NCBI GenBank assembly: GCA_951406725.2
Contig: OX597835.1
Coordinates: 25,668,001 to 25,732,000, forward strand
Direction: 5' to 3'
From: Octopus vulgaris
Lineage: Eukaryota
DNA length: 64,000 bases
The translations under genes and the position numbers were made by a program. The notes under the pieces were generated by a model, which had not been told where the DNA came from, did not search any database, and saw only the letters and a list, made by a program, of their open reading frames with translations. Shown here in pieces: positions 39,788 to 53,048 of the stretch (its first letter is position 1; the number at the start of each line of letters is the position of its first letter).

Positions 39788-40520
39788 CTGTTTACAATTA
39801 TCTTAAAAAACCTTTTCAATGTATCATATAAATGTAAATTTTGACGCCGAATCTGAATTTGTTATTCATTTATTCCAGAAAAACTTTGCAAAAATGTTAC
39901 AGGTTTTCAAAGTTTGATAATTTTCAGAATTTTGAGCCAATTAGAAAACAGCGCGTTCGCTGCCACTTAAATTATGAGGGCGGGGCGGGGGGCATCAGCT
40001 TGTCAAAACATTAAACTAGCTACGCGAGCAAATCAAATATTTAAATGCTACGCACAAACAAACCAACAGGAGTTGCTAGAAATAACACTCGAAACCTTAA
40101 AAATATACACGAGCAATGTTAATATTAAAACATTCGCGAGCAAATTAAATATTCAAAAGCTACGAAGGAGCCGACAAGAGTTGCTAGAAATAACAGTGAA
40201 AATGTTGTTTAAAATAGATATTTATTAGTTTAAAAAAATCGAGAACAGAAGTTTGCAATACACTCTAGGATTTTATAAGATATATTCTCTTTCTAGTATC
40301 TACTTGTCCACATAAATTCGCAAATATAAGAGTCAACCATGCCCAGGTAGTTTCAATTTGTTGAATGTGAGTCCCATCTGTTATGAAAACAAACAATTAT
40401 AGAAAAAATGGTGGTTACACTTCTTGTGCGCATGCAAAGCATCTTTGGTTACTATGGAAACAAAGTTTTTCGCAATCTGTTATGGAACACGTGGCGCTTC
40501 TTCGCTTTGGTTACTATATG

Positions 40521-40751
40521 TTTCTTTATTACCCACAAGGGGCTAAACATAGAGGGGACAAACAAGGACAGACAAACGGATTAAGTCGATTACATCGACC
40601 CCAGTGCGTAACTGGTACTTATTTAATCGACCCCGAAAGGATGAAAGGCAAAGTCGACCTCGGCGGAATTTGAACTCAGAACGTAACGGCAGACGAAATA
40701 CCGCTAAGCATTTCGCCCGGCGTGCTAACGTTTCTGCCAGCTCGCCGCCTT
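40521..40751 (-). mobile_element. SINE A, full length
   Basis: Near-consensus copy. Confidence 0.9.
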
Positions 40752-40752
40752 T

Positions 40753-40843
40753 GAAAACGCTGCACGAATTTGGAACGCTTCACAAATTTGCGCAGGTGCT
40801 ATGCTAATCTTTCTATCGTTCCAATTTTAGTATATGTACTGCC
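40753..40843 (-). pseudogene. U6: U6 snRNA pseudogene (5'-truncated, internal deletion, duplicated 3' end)
   Basis: Minus strand ggcagtacatatactaaaattggaacgatagaaagattagcatagcacctgcgca---aatttgtgaagcgttcca matches U6 approximately nt 12-100. The ACAGAGA box is damaged and about 13 nt of the ISL region are missing. Confidence 0.9.
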
Positions 40844-40980
40844 AGATTTTGCTTCGATGAAGTTCAAAATTACTCGCTTTTGATTGGGTAAAATACCCAA
40901 ATTTTGCAAATTTTAAAGGATGATAACTTTTAATTATTCAATTCTAAATCTCTCAGAGAGATTTATGAAGTAATGATACG

Positions 40981-41163
40981 ATAAAGTAGTTGTATGCTGT
41001 CAACTTAATGTGACAGTCCCATGAAGCCTTGATACATTTCCTGTGACACAGGAAATGTGTCAAGGCTGACAGGAAGCGGTGCTGCTTCCTGGGGCTAAAT
41101 AGCAGTTGTATTATTCCCTTCATGGGAACGTCACATTAAGTTGACAGCATAAAACTACTTTAT
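40981..41163. repeat. Branched palindrome: 46-bp outer stem with two inner hairpins
   Basis: 40981-41026 pairs with 41118-41163; arm 1 is 41025-41067 and arm 2 is 41070-41091. Confidence 0.85.
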
Positions 41164-41595
41164 AATTATTGATTTATAGGATAAAGGAATTATATTCTCA
41201 TAATTTGAATACAAAACTTAATCCATGTACCAAATTTGAAAACAAACGGAGCAAAATTGACGAAAACCACAAAGATTCTGCCTTTAATAATAGGTATGCT
41301 GGATTAGGGCTGTCACATGACTAAGCAACAACAACAGCAATAACAACGACGATGACGACGACGACGACAACAACAACAACAACAACAACAAGTAGGAATA
41401 GAGACAATGGAGATGATACAAAATGTTTAGAATATCACACCGCAAAGTGGGCTCGAAGCAGATTCTTCCCTTCGAAGCAGAAGACCAGAGGCAAAACTAA
41501 AACAACAACAACAATAGCAGCAGCAGCAACAATAATAACAAGAACAACTGTACAAAAATAAAGGGAATAATGAAGAGAATGCAAGGGAGAATGCA

Positions 41596-42012
41596 AAGGT
41601 GGCGAGCTGGCAGAAACGTTAGCACACCGGGCGAAATGCTTAGCGGTATTTCGTCTGTCTTTACGTTCTGAGTTCAAATTCCGCCGAGGTCGACTTTGCC
41701 TTTCATCCTTTCGGGGTCGATTAAATAAGTACCAGTTACGCACTGGAGTCGATGTAATCGACATAATCCGTTTGTCTGTCCTTGTTTGTCTCCTCTGTGT
41801 TTAGCCCCTTGTAGGTAGTAAAGAAATAGGTATTTCGTCTGCCGTTACGTTCTGAGTCAAATTCCGTCGAGGTCGACTTTGCCTTTCATCCTTTCGGGGT
41901 CAATTAAATAAGTACCAGTTACGCACTGGAGTCGATGTAATCGACTTAATCCCTTTGTATGTCTTGTTTGTCCCCTCTATGTTTAGCCCCTTGTGGGCAA
42001 TAAAGAAATAAG
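41596..42012 (+). mobile_element. SINE A tandem dimer (full copy plus 5'-truncated copy)
   Basis: The second unit restarts at ggtatttcgtctgccg (~41829). Confidence 0.9.
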
Positions 42013-42367
42013 AATGCAGGTGTCCGACCGTCACACTGTGCGCTGTACTAGACTTAACTGTATGTGGTGGGATATGGGTGTGTGCAATATGGCCCTCAGC
42101 TAACCGTAGCGATCCTGTAGAGACTCGGATACAACTTGCTTGTGCCAGTGCTGCCAATTGCAAGCTGCGCATACCTGATGCTAATAGGTTTCAAAGGTCG
42201 TCAAGAAAAAATGCGCACTGTTGCAGAACCTTCTGCGTTAATTAGTCCTGAAATCTGCATGTAGGGCGAGCTATAGGGTCCTCAGATAAATGCAGTGGGG
42301 TAGAGTGGCATAGGAAGTAGCCGTTTGGTCGACTGCAATCGCGCTAGATCAGACCCAAGCGGAGGGC

Positions 42368-42413
<46 letters not shown>

Positions 42414-42564
42414 CTGTACAACAAGAAGAAGGGCAACAGCAGCAGCAGCAGCAACAACAACAACAGCAGCAAGAATTATGCCTCATACAAGATACAACTG
42501 TATGTAGGGGTTACCAAGGGTACTCAGCTAACCGTAGCGGTGACATAAAGCACACACACAGACA

Positions 42565-43551
42565 TTAGGTTGCCCGGAAAGTTCTGAGCGTTTTTAAGCT
42601 AAATCATTTAACGCTTCATTGAACACACCTGAAACGTAACACAGTTAAAACCTCAGTGTTGTTTGAATTGGTAGAGCATCTTTTCTTTGTTCCTGACTAA
42701 AAATGGATTTATCTTTCATTCCGGTTTCCCCTTATTGACATTTGAAATGGATAACCAAAAATTTCATATTTGTGTTGTAATGCATTTCTTTTTTAAAGAA
42801 GGAGAAAATGCTGCAAAGACTTTCAAAAACATTTGTGAAGTTTATGGTGATGATGATGCTGTAGGTGAATCACCTGTTCGAAGGTGGTCTGCAAAATTTG
42901 AAGATGGAGAGTTTAGCTTGGAAGATGACAGTCAAAGTGGAAGACCATCAAAATTGGATGAAGGTGTTTTGAAGGGAAAAATCGAAGAAAACTCAAATAT
43001 CACGACTAGAGGACTTGCAGGGGAGCTGGAAGTTTATAGAAGTATGGCTCATGAACACCTAGTGAAGCTAGGATACATTTCTCACAATAATGTATGGGTC
43101 CCTCACAAACTCTCAGAAAAGAATTGCTTAGACCAGTATTCCATTTGTGATATGCTGTTGAAACAGAATGAAAGCATGCCTTTTTTGAAACACCTTGTGA
43201 CTGGAGATGAAAAATGGATTGTGTACGAAAACGTAGGGTAAAAGAGATCTTGGAGCTTGCATAAGGATGCTCCAAAACAGCAACCAAAGATGAATATCCA
43301 TGCCAAAAACGCTATGCTTTGTGTTTGGTGAGATCATAAAGACATTATTTATTATGAGCTTCTCCCACAAAACCAGACCATTAATTCTGATGTGCACTGT
43401 TGTCAGCTAGCTAATTTGAACCCCCAAAATCAAAGAAGTGAGGCCGCAGATTTCCAACAAGTTGATTGATTAGTTGTTATTTTTTTTTAAAAAACTTAAA
43501 AAAAAAATTTAAACTAAAAAAAAAACGGCGGGAACTTAGTTGCCAACCTAA
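42565..43551 (+). mobile_element. Internally deleted mariner transposon (family M2) with both TIRs
   Basis: TIRs ttaggttgccc.gaaagttc / gaacttagttgccaacctaa|ta. ORF 42687-43241 has the HTH (KEGENAAKTFKNICEVYG, SGRP), WVPHKL and TGDEKW motifs, but the C-terminal catalytic part is missing. Confidence 0.9.
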
Positions 43552-43659
43552 TATAAGGTATTTCTGGGACAAGAATAAACCCATGGGTACCTACGGATGG
43601 CATCTGGCTATTCGGTCAACGGCATACGATTCCGATCAGAACAGAGGCTTCCCAGGCAG

Positions 43660-43705
<46 letters not shown>

Positions 43706-44072
43706 CTATGGTGCTATAACAACCACAGCAACAACAATAGTAACAACAACATAAATATTCACAGTAGATGAACGAATCTTCTGATAATTTCTTATCAGTA
43801 TGAATTAGAAGGATTAATGGTAAGATCTACGAGTTATAAAACGTGTTCCATAAAGATAAAAAAAAAACATACGAAAACAAAAAAATAAAATAGAATTATA
43901 AAGTATATAGATTTATAGATGGGCCATTTTCATTATACAACAACAACAGCAACAAAAAATACCTTTCTGCATCATAAGTTATAAACCCTGCAATCATTTA
44001 TTATTTTTTTTCGTTTAACAAAGAACCTCAATGGTAATAACCTCGGATGCACGTTATTCATATTTTTTAAAC

Positions 44073-45205
<1,133 letters not shown>

Positions 45206-46289
45206 ACTCAAAAAAATAAAAGAGAGGGAAAAATTAAATGGAATAATAACGGAGTAAGATTTACGACAGGAAAATTGTAAAATGTTTTATCGAAATTTCC
45301 AAGGGTGTTTTTGAATGAAATATTGTAATTTTTTCATGTTCGTGTGCCATGGAACCATACATATAAATGTATGCTTATACAAATATGCTTTATGTATGTA
45401 TGTATGTATGTATGTATGTATGTATGTATGTATGTATGTATGTGTATGTATGTATGTATGTATGTATGTATGTATGTATGCATGTATGTATGTATGTGTA
45501 TGTATGTATGTGTGTGTGTGTATGTATGTATGTATGCATGTATGCATGTATGTATGTATGTGTGTGTATGTATGTATGTATGTGTGTGTATGTATGTATG
45601 TATGTGTATGTATGTATGTATCTATCTAAGTCACTCTCGCTCTCTCCCTCTGTATCTCTCTCTCTCTCTCTTTATATATATATACATACATATATATATG
45701 TATACACATACACACATACGTACACATATATATATATATATATACACATACACAAACATGAATGAATAGGCAGGCATATAAATTCATTAATATGTGAATG
45801 TACATATCTGTACAAATACATGCACATGTAAATGTATGTATGTATGTATGTATGTATGTATGTATGTATGTATGTATGTATGTATGTATGTATGTATGTA
45901 TGTATGTATGTATGCGTGTGTATATATGTATGTCTATACGCAAAATATAGGAGTCTGTTGAAACAGCGATTGATATAAATCATCTTTTCATAAAATGAAA
46001 ATAACATGGCAACTCGTTTCTCGCTCTCTCATCCCGTGGCTTTCGTTTATCCTGTTGTAATTATTGCTGCTATTGACGCTGTTGTTGTTGATTTTGTCGT
46101 CGTTGTTATTGTTGTTTGCTGTGGCTATCTCACGTCTCCACAGAGTACCCCCACTGCTTAGAAAATATTTTCTGTCAGGAGTATTTGATGGAAGAAAATG
46201 AATTTTATTTAAAAAAAAATTTTATTTCTTATCACCAACAAAGGTTTTCGAAACATGTAAAATGTCCGCCATTAATGCGTTGGGAACTT

Positions 46290-46361
46290 ACAGCTGTATA
46301 AACACACCAACACTGGTTGTCAAGATGTTGGTCGGGTGGGGGGACGAACACAGACACAAAG

Positions 46362-46397
<36 letters not shown>

Positions 46398-46557
46398 GAC
46401 AAGTTTCTTTCAGTTTCCGTCTACCAAATCCACTCACAAGGCTTTGGTCAACTCGAGGCTAAAGTAGAAGACACCCGCCCAAGGTCCCACGCAGTGGGTC
46501 TGAACCCGGAACCTTGTGGTTGGGAATCAAGCTTCTTACCACACAGCCACGCCTGCG
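46290..46557 (-). mobile_element. SINE B, 5' two-thirds
   Basis: Matches family B. Confidence 0.85.
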
Positions 46558-46699
46558 CTACGAATACATTTGATGTGTTGCCGAAAGAACCATTTGAAGA
46601 TGTGACACGTATTGGATTTTATGGCGGGCTGGGGTAGTTTGAAATTTATTCAACATGATACTAATTTATCGTCAGTTTAGATCTGAAACCATGACAACG

Positions 46700-47760
46700 C
46701 AATTAGCAACGCCGCACAAAATACTCAGCATTTTTTCAGTCTTTACGTTCTGAGTTCAAATTCCACTGAGGTCGACTTTGCCTTTTATTCTTTCGGGGCC
46801 GACTTTGTCTTTTCATCCTTTCCGAGTCGATAAAATATCAGTTGAGCACTGGAGGTGATTTCATCCACTATATCTTCCCCGACAAATTTCAGACCTTGTG
46901 TCAATAGTAGAAAGGATTATTATTATTGTGAAGGCAGAAGGTCTAAGGCAGCGAGCTGGCAGAATCGTTAGCGCGTTGAACTAAATGCTTAGCGGCATTT
47001 CGCCTGTCGCTACTGTTCTGAGTTCAAATTCCACCGAAGTAGGTTTTAACTTTTATCCTTTCGGGGTCGATGAATTAAGTACCATTGAAATACTGGGGAT
47101 CGATGTAATCGACTAGTCCCTACCCACCAAATTTCAGGCCTTGTGCCTATAGTAGAAAGGATTATGAAAGCAGAATCCAGCGAGATGGCAGAAACGTTAG
47201 CACGCCGGGTGAAATGCTTAGCAGTATTTCGTCTGCCGTTACGTTCTGAGTTCAAATTCCGCCGAGGTCGACTTTGCATTTCATCCTTTCGGGGTCGATA
47301 AATTAAGTACCAGCTGCGTACTGGGGTCGATGTAATCGACTTAATCCGTTTGTCTGTCCTTGTTTGTCCCCTCTGTGTTTAGCCCCTTGTAGGTAGTAAA
47401 GAAATAGGTATGTCCTGTCTTTACGTTCTGAGTTTAAATTCCGTCGAGGTCGATTTTGCGTTTCATCCTTTCGAAGTTGATAATTTAAGTACCAGTTGCG
47501 TACTGGGGTCAATCTAATCGACTGCTTCCCCCCCAAAAAAAATTTCAGGCCTTGTGTCTGTAGTATTAGTATTAAGGCAACAAGCTTCGCAGTCTTAGCA
47601 GTATTTCTTCCGGTTGTTTACGTTCCGAGTTTAAATTTTGATTTTCATCTTTGCTTTTGATCCTTTATTGATAATATAAGTTCCTATCATTTGTTAGATT
47701 CGTTTTAATCAACTTACCTTCTTCCCTCAAAACTGCAAACTTTGTGTCAAAATTAAACAA
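46700..47760 (+). mobile_element. Tandem cluster of about 5 co-oriented SINE A copies
   Basis: gttctgagttcaaattcc...aagtacca...ctgggg is repeated. Confidence 0.85.
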
Positions 47761-48439
47761 GAACAGAGAGAGAGGGGGAAGAGAGAACGAGAATAACATT
47801 AAAACTAGAGGAACATTAAAACGTTCAATGTGTCAAATGAGTCAGCGTCTAATCAGCGGCGCCAATTAGGCAGAAACAAACAGCTGTGCCCAAAACGTCT
47901 CATACGCTAGAATGCTAGAAAAGGAAGACTTCTTATCGAATCCAGTTATGAGCGCTTCATTTTCTTCCGAGCCTGCAATGTTTTAGGCTGAGCGAGATCA
48001 AAGACCAGGTTTACCGGTTCCATTGTGATCCACAATAAACCATTCCACTAAACAACATCTTTTATCAGATAACGAGGACCCGCATATAAATTTCCTTCCA
48101 TGAGAAACCCATTTAACAACCATCTTTTCTTTACATTCTAATTAAATATACTTGATATTTCGGTTCTTGAAAATGCTATTACACTGCATCTAATTAATCT
48201 CTGTTTATTGGCTTTCATTAACTTTTGATAATTATGCAACGATTTTAAATCCCTCTTTACATCTAATGACTAATTACCCCATTAACAGTTTGTTATTTAA
48301 TGTTAATTACTTTTATGAATATGTCTCCAATTATATTAGTAATTGGTGTCAGTACGTGACTATAGTGAATCTTTTATCTTTTACTTGTTTCATTCGTTGA
48401 ACTACGGCCATGCTGGAGCTAATATTGTTTTGATCCTTT

Positions 48440-48826
48440 GACGTATGGTATAGACTTTTCGACTATTTTCCACGTGTATGTGGCGTTAGACTTCAAACCC
48501 CGTACGTGGCTAGCCAACTTAGTGGATTCATGATTATCCTTGTGTCGGTAAAATATACAACAGGTGCCCAGTCAAGTTATCATATTGCTGCTGCTCCAAT
48601 ATTACACGCAAACACTACCAAGAGCCTAGTCCCACTTGTAACTGTCGAGACTAGAGAACCTGTCCATTCGCCCAGGGGTGCATGATTAAATTCGTCATTT
48701 ACGAGGCAGAAGTTTCAGCAACGCTAGATGATAACATAGTCACCAAGAAAAGCTACATCGGGCTATGTGAAGGCAATTTCAAACATCGTTATACTAACCA
48801 CATATCTTCCTTCCGGCACAGAGAAT
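48440..48826 (+). mobile_element. Penelope-like element, Cys-rich linker and GIY-YIG endonuclease relic
   Basis: KIYNRCPVKLSYCC ... TCNCRD*RTCPFAQGCMIKFVIYEAEV...YIGLCEGNFKHRYTNHISSFRH. Confidence 0.85.
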
Positions 48827-48864
48827 GCTTACTGCATCCGAGTCGACGATTGACTATTGGAGTA

Positions 48865-49060
48865 TGGTTTCGAATTTTGGCACAAGGCCAGCAATTTTGA
48901 AGGGCAGGAGGTTACTTGATTACACCGACCCCAGTGCTCAACTGGTACTTATTTTATTAACCCCGAAAGGATAAAAGACACAATTGACCCCGGTGGAATT
49001 TGAATTCAGAATACGGAGAACCGAAAGAAATGCAGCTGACGATTCTGTCAGCTTGCTACA
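48865..49060 (-). mobile_element. Diverged SINE A
   Basis: Central domain match. Confidence 0.7.
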
Positions 49061-49667
49061 TTAACAACAGTGCTAATGACATCAACAAATGGCTTGCGGT
49101 GTGTGTGTGTGTGTGTGTGCGCGTGCGCGCGCGTATGTGTGTGTGTGTATGCGTGCGTGTGTGTGCGTGTGTGCGTGTGTGTGTATGTGTTTGTGTATAT
49201 GTGTGTGTGTATATTCACCAAACATCCGTAAAATCTATTCTGTGTCCACCTGCTTCACAATTTAATTAATATTTAATTGGTCTGTTTTTGAATGTACTAT
49301 TATAATATGACTAAGTTATCTCTATTAATTGCTTTTATTAATTTTTAATAATTACGTAACAATTATAAATCCGATTTTACATTCAAGTAATTAGTTTTAA
49401 TTGCTTGTCATTTAGTATTAATTACATTTTATTGATGTGTCACTAACTGGAATATTAATAAGTGGTTATATTGGTACTTGACTGTGAAGGCGCGTGGTTC
49501 AGTGGTTAGATTTTTCAGTCGTTAGATTTTAACCATATCGCACATGGAATTAAGCGGGCATTTTGAACTGGTCATGATGCATACGTGCTTATATATGAAT
49601 GTATACGTTCGTATATGTACGTATTAGTATGTTGTATTTATATATATGTATTTATGTTTCTGTGTGT

Positions 49668-49726
49668 ATCCCACTGATGAGGCAAAGCATTCCTAAATGC
49701 AAAGTCAGAAATCCGGGATCTGGAAT
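49668..49726 (+). ncRNA. Type I hammerhead-like motif
   Basis: AUCCCA-CUGAUGA-GGC(aaa gcauu ccua aaugc aaa)GUC-A-GAA-AUCCGGGAU-C-UGGAAU; AUC cleavage triplet, with an extra A before GAAA. Confidence 0.6.
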
Positions 49727-49880
49727 TATCCAATAATTTTTTACTCGTTTCATCTTGTCTCTTTGTCTTCTCTCCATGTTGCTATATGAACACTCAAGGT
49801 GGTTTTAGAGTCAGATCATGGCGGCTATTTTCAGCATGTTGGAATCTCGTAGATACCCTAATTTATAATTTTAATCAATG

Positions 49881-49971
<91 letters not shown>

Positions 49972-50135
49972 ATACATACATACAGATATATACATATATA
50001 TATATGTACACACACACATATATATATATGCATGTATATGTGCGTGTGTGCATAAATAATTTTACATACATACACACACATAACATATATATATATATAC
50101 GCATACATATATGCACCTACATACACATACATACA

Positions 50136-50171
<36 letters not shown>

Positions 50172-50269
50172 TATATGTATATATACATACATATATACTC
50201 ATACATATACAAATACATACGCGCACACATAACACACACATACACACACATATTGGAGAAACCAGATTA

Positions 50270-50700
50270 GGGTCGCGTTTGCAGCATTACAGACTCCGGG
50301 CATATCAGTTCACTGGGCCCTAGAACATTCATTTATTGACAGTAAGCCACAACATACATAGATCCGAACTGGGCTCCGGGGAAAATTCAGTACACTGGGC
50401 CCTATAGTAAACACTTATTGAGAGCAAGCCACAGCAAACATAGATCAGAGATGGACCCCGGATAGAATACGTACAATGGGTCCTGCAGCATTTATTTATT
50501 GACAACAAGCTACCTCATAGATAGATCAGAATAAGAGCCCTAGACACATGAGGGCGCTGGCAGATCAATATACTGGGTGGGCTCTAGAGTATATATTTAT
50601 TGACAGCAATCCACAACATACAAAGATCAGAACTGGGCCCCTTGAACCGATGTGGACTTCAGATAACTGCCCAGTGTGTCTATGGCTCCAGACGGCACTG
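50270..50700. repeat. ~80-bp degenerate tandem repeat, about 4 copies, possibly a hAT-type MITE
   Basis: ctgggccc...tttattgacag.aagccaca.c..acatagatcaga recurs; the right end reads cagtgccgtc in reverse complement. Confidence 0.6.
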
Positions 50701-51499
50701 GTTGGAAGGTCGTGATAAAGCTCAGTGTTTTGTCGACTTGCAGCGCTGAATCCAGATTCGTCTGCAGATAATGTTTAAAGTCTGATTTATTAGAACCAAT
50801 CACCAAATAAAGGATACTTTTGATTAAGAAAACTTATGGGAGTTTAGCTGACTGTTTTTATCATTCATTCAAGAAGACGAAAGAAAAATAAAATTAGATG
50901 AATATCAAGTGATTAAATACAGTACTAATTACATTTTGATATTAAATAATTAATTAAAATTTTACTTGTATTCTTTCGATTATAATTTTAAAAAAATTTT
51001 GTTTCATTTGAACTTTTTAGTGTGATGGTGTAAACTTGAAAAAATAGTAACAAAAAAACACAACGAAAACAAAATCAGAAAAGAAAATTAAAAATAAGGA
51101 AGCAAGAAAAATCTGCAGCCAATTTAGAACTAATTGTCTTTCTAGTTAATTAGTGTGTTATATCAATTTGTAGTTTAATTAGCACAGATCAACAGTTACT
51201 GTTTTTTCGTATTTCTAATTCAATTTCATAGATGTGTGACATATCTACACTTAATTGTGTTTTCGCTTCTCTGTGTGACATACATTTTTCCAATTTCGAT
51301 TACGAGATGTGACCACCATGTTTAATTTTGCTACGGAAAAGCTGTTTTTAAATTTTGTTCTTGAACTGACTTGCCGCCGTTCGACCGAGTCTATACCTGT
51401 GGTGAACAGCTGAAGTGTCACGACACCTTAGGACAAGAGTGACTAAAGCTTTCATATCATCGATCTCTTTACACAATCGTTGATAACTAATCGACCTCC

Positions 51500-51720
51500 A
51501 TATTTTACTTGTTTAAAGCGTTGGCTCTGGCCATGCTGGGGCACCGCCTAGAAGGGTTTCAGTCAAACAACTCGACCCCAATACTTATTTGTTTTATAAT
51601 TAACCTGATAATTATTGTATCGCTCTAGTTTTGCCAAACCGTAGACTTAGCGGGCGTAAAGAAACCAACATCGGTTGTCAAGTGGTGATAGGAAACAAAC
51701 ACAAATACGGCACATACACA

Positions 51721-51810
<90 letters not shown>

Positions 51811-51965
51811 TACACACATACATACGGTGGGCATATTCCAGTTTCCGCGTACCAAATCCACTCACAAGGATTTGGTCGGCCCGGGGGCCGTATTAGAAGG
51901 CACATGCCAAAAGTGCTAAACACAAGACGGGAAGCAAACTTTTTAATAACATAACTATGCCTGAA
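51500..51965 (-). mobile_element. Diverged SINE B
   Basis: Tail, internal (CA)n and head remnants. Confidence 0.75.
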
Positions 51966-52151
51966 CCTGGATGTTTATATTTTGGATTGCTTCCCGCTGT
52001 TAGACTGGAATTATGCAAGTGATGTCCACCCGAAGCGTCACGATTTCCCGGAACAAGAACCGGTAAGATCCTTACACCATCGACACTTTCAGGGACTCGT
52101 TGGCAAGTTATCGACTTTCTTCATGTAAAATTCTAAAGTAAAAATAAAAGT

Positions 52152-52450
52152 AAGCGCAGGTGTAGCTGTATGGTAAGAAGGCGGCGAGCTGGCAGAAACG
52201 TCTGTCTTTCCGTTCTGAGTTCAAATCCCGCCGAGGTCAACTTTGCCTTTCATCCTTTCAGAGTCGATAAATTAAGTACCAGTTACGCATTGGGGGTCGA
52301 TGTAATCGACTTAATCCCTTTGTCTGTCCTTGTTTGTCCCCTCTATGTTTAGCTCCTTGTGGGCAATAAAGAAATAAGAAGCTTGCCTTTAACCACATGG
52401 CTCCGGGTTCAGTCCCACTGCTTAACACTTGAGCAAGTGTCTTCTGTTGT
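52152..52450 (+). mobile_element. SINE B head with a SINE A inserted into it
   Basis: gctgtatggtaagaag|SINE A|taagaagcttgcc, with duplication of taagaag. Confidence 0.8.
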
Positions 52451-52454
52451 AGCG

Positions 52455-53048
52455 TCGATCTCCAGTTTGTTGACGTAAACCCTTTCTTTCAGGTATCCCC
52501 GCAAGAAAAAATCCCGGCTAGTCAAGTCTGGGGAATGTGACGGCCAGTTGACATTGCCGTAGCGGGAGATTATTCTCTCTCCCCTGCCGTAGCAACTGCT
52601 TTGTTTCTCTTGCGGTATCATTGGTTGCCCCATCTTGCTGGAACCATGTGTGAGGTCTACTTTGAATGACCTTCACGTTCCCCAGACTTGGCTGGCCCAG
52701 ATTTTTTCTTGTGGGTATACCTGAAAGAGAGGGTTTAAGTCAACAAACTGGAGACCCCGGAGCAACTGAAGGAGATCATGAATAGAGAAACTAGAGAAGT
52801 GGGATATGAAACTCTTGAGGGTGTTATGGTGCAAGTTTTGGAAAAAGCATGGGGGTGCGAAGCCAAAAATAGCTGCCATTTGTGCGATGTCATTTTTCAT
52901 ATGTGATACAGCGGTGTTGCAAAATTTTACCCGTGCATATTAATTTTCATTATGCCCTTTATATTGTATCAAAATTTCATGCATTTATTTGTAAAGTTAA
53001 GGAAGTTATTAAAAATTGAAGCCCATCAGTGAGTTTTGGGACACCCTG
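52455..53048. mobile_element. Tc1/mariner-superfamily (maT/rosa-type) transposase C-terminus present twice in inverted orientation
   Basis: Minus 52455-52650 reads WFQQDGAT...ISR...WPSHSPDLTSRDFFLRGYLKERVY; plus 52672-52900 reads RSPDLAGPDFFLWVYLKERV. TIR end is gggacaccctg|ta. Confidence 0.8.

Noticed and set aside
40771-40843. Functional U6 gene
   Set aside because: 5' end missing, ACAGAGA box damaged, internal deletion, and no oligo-U terminator.
42687-43241. Active or domesticated (SETMAR-like) transposase
   Set aside because: Stops shortly after the first catalytic D, the C-terminal part is deleted, both TIRs remain, and there is no evidence of splicing to host exons.
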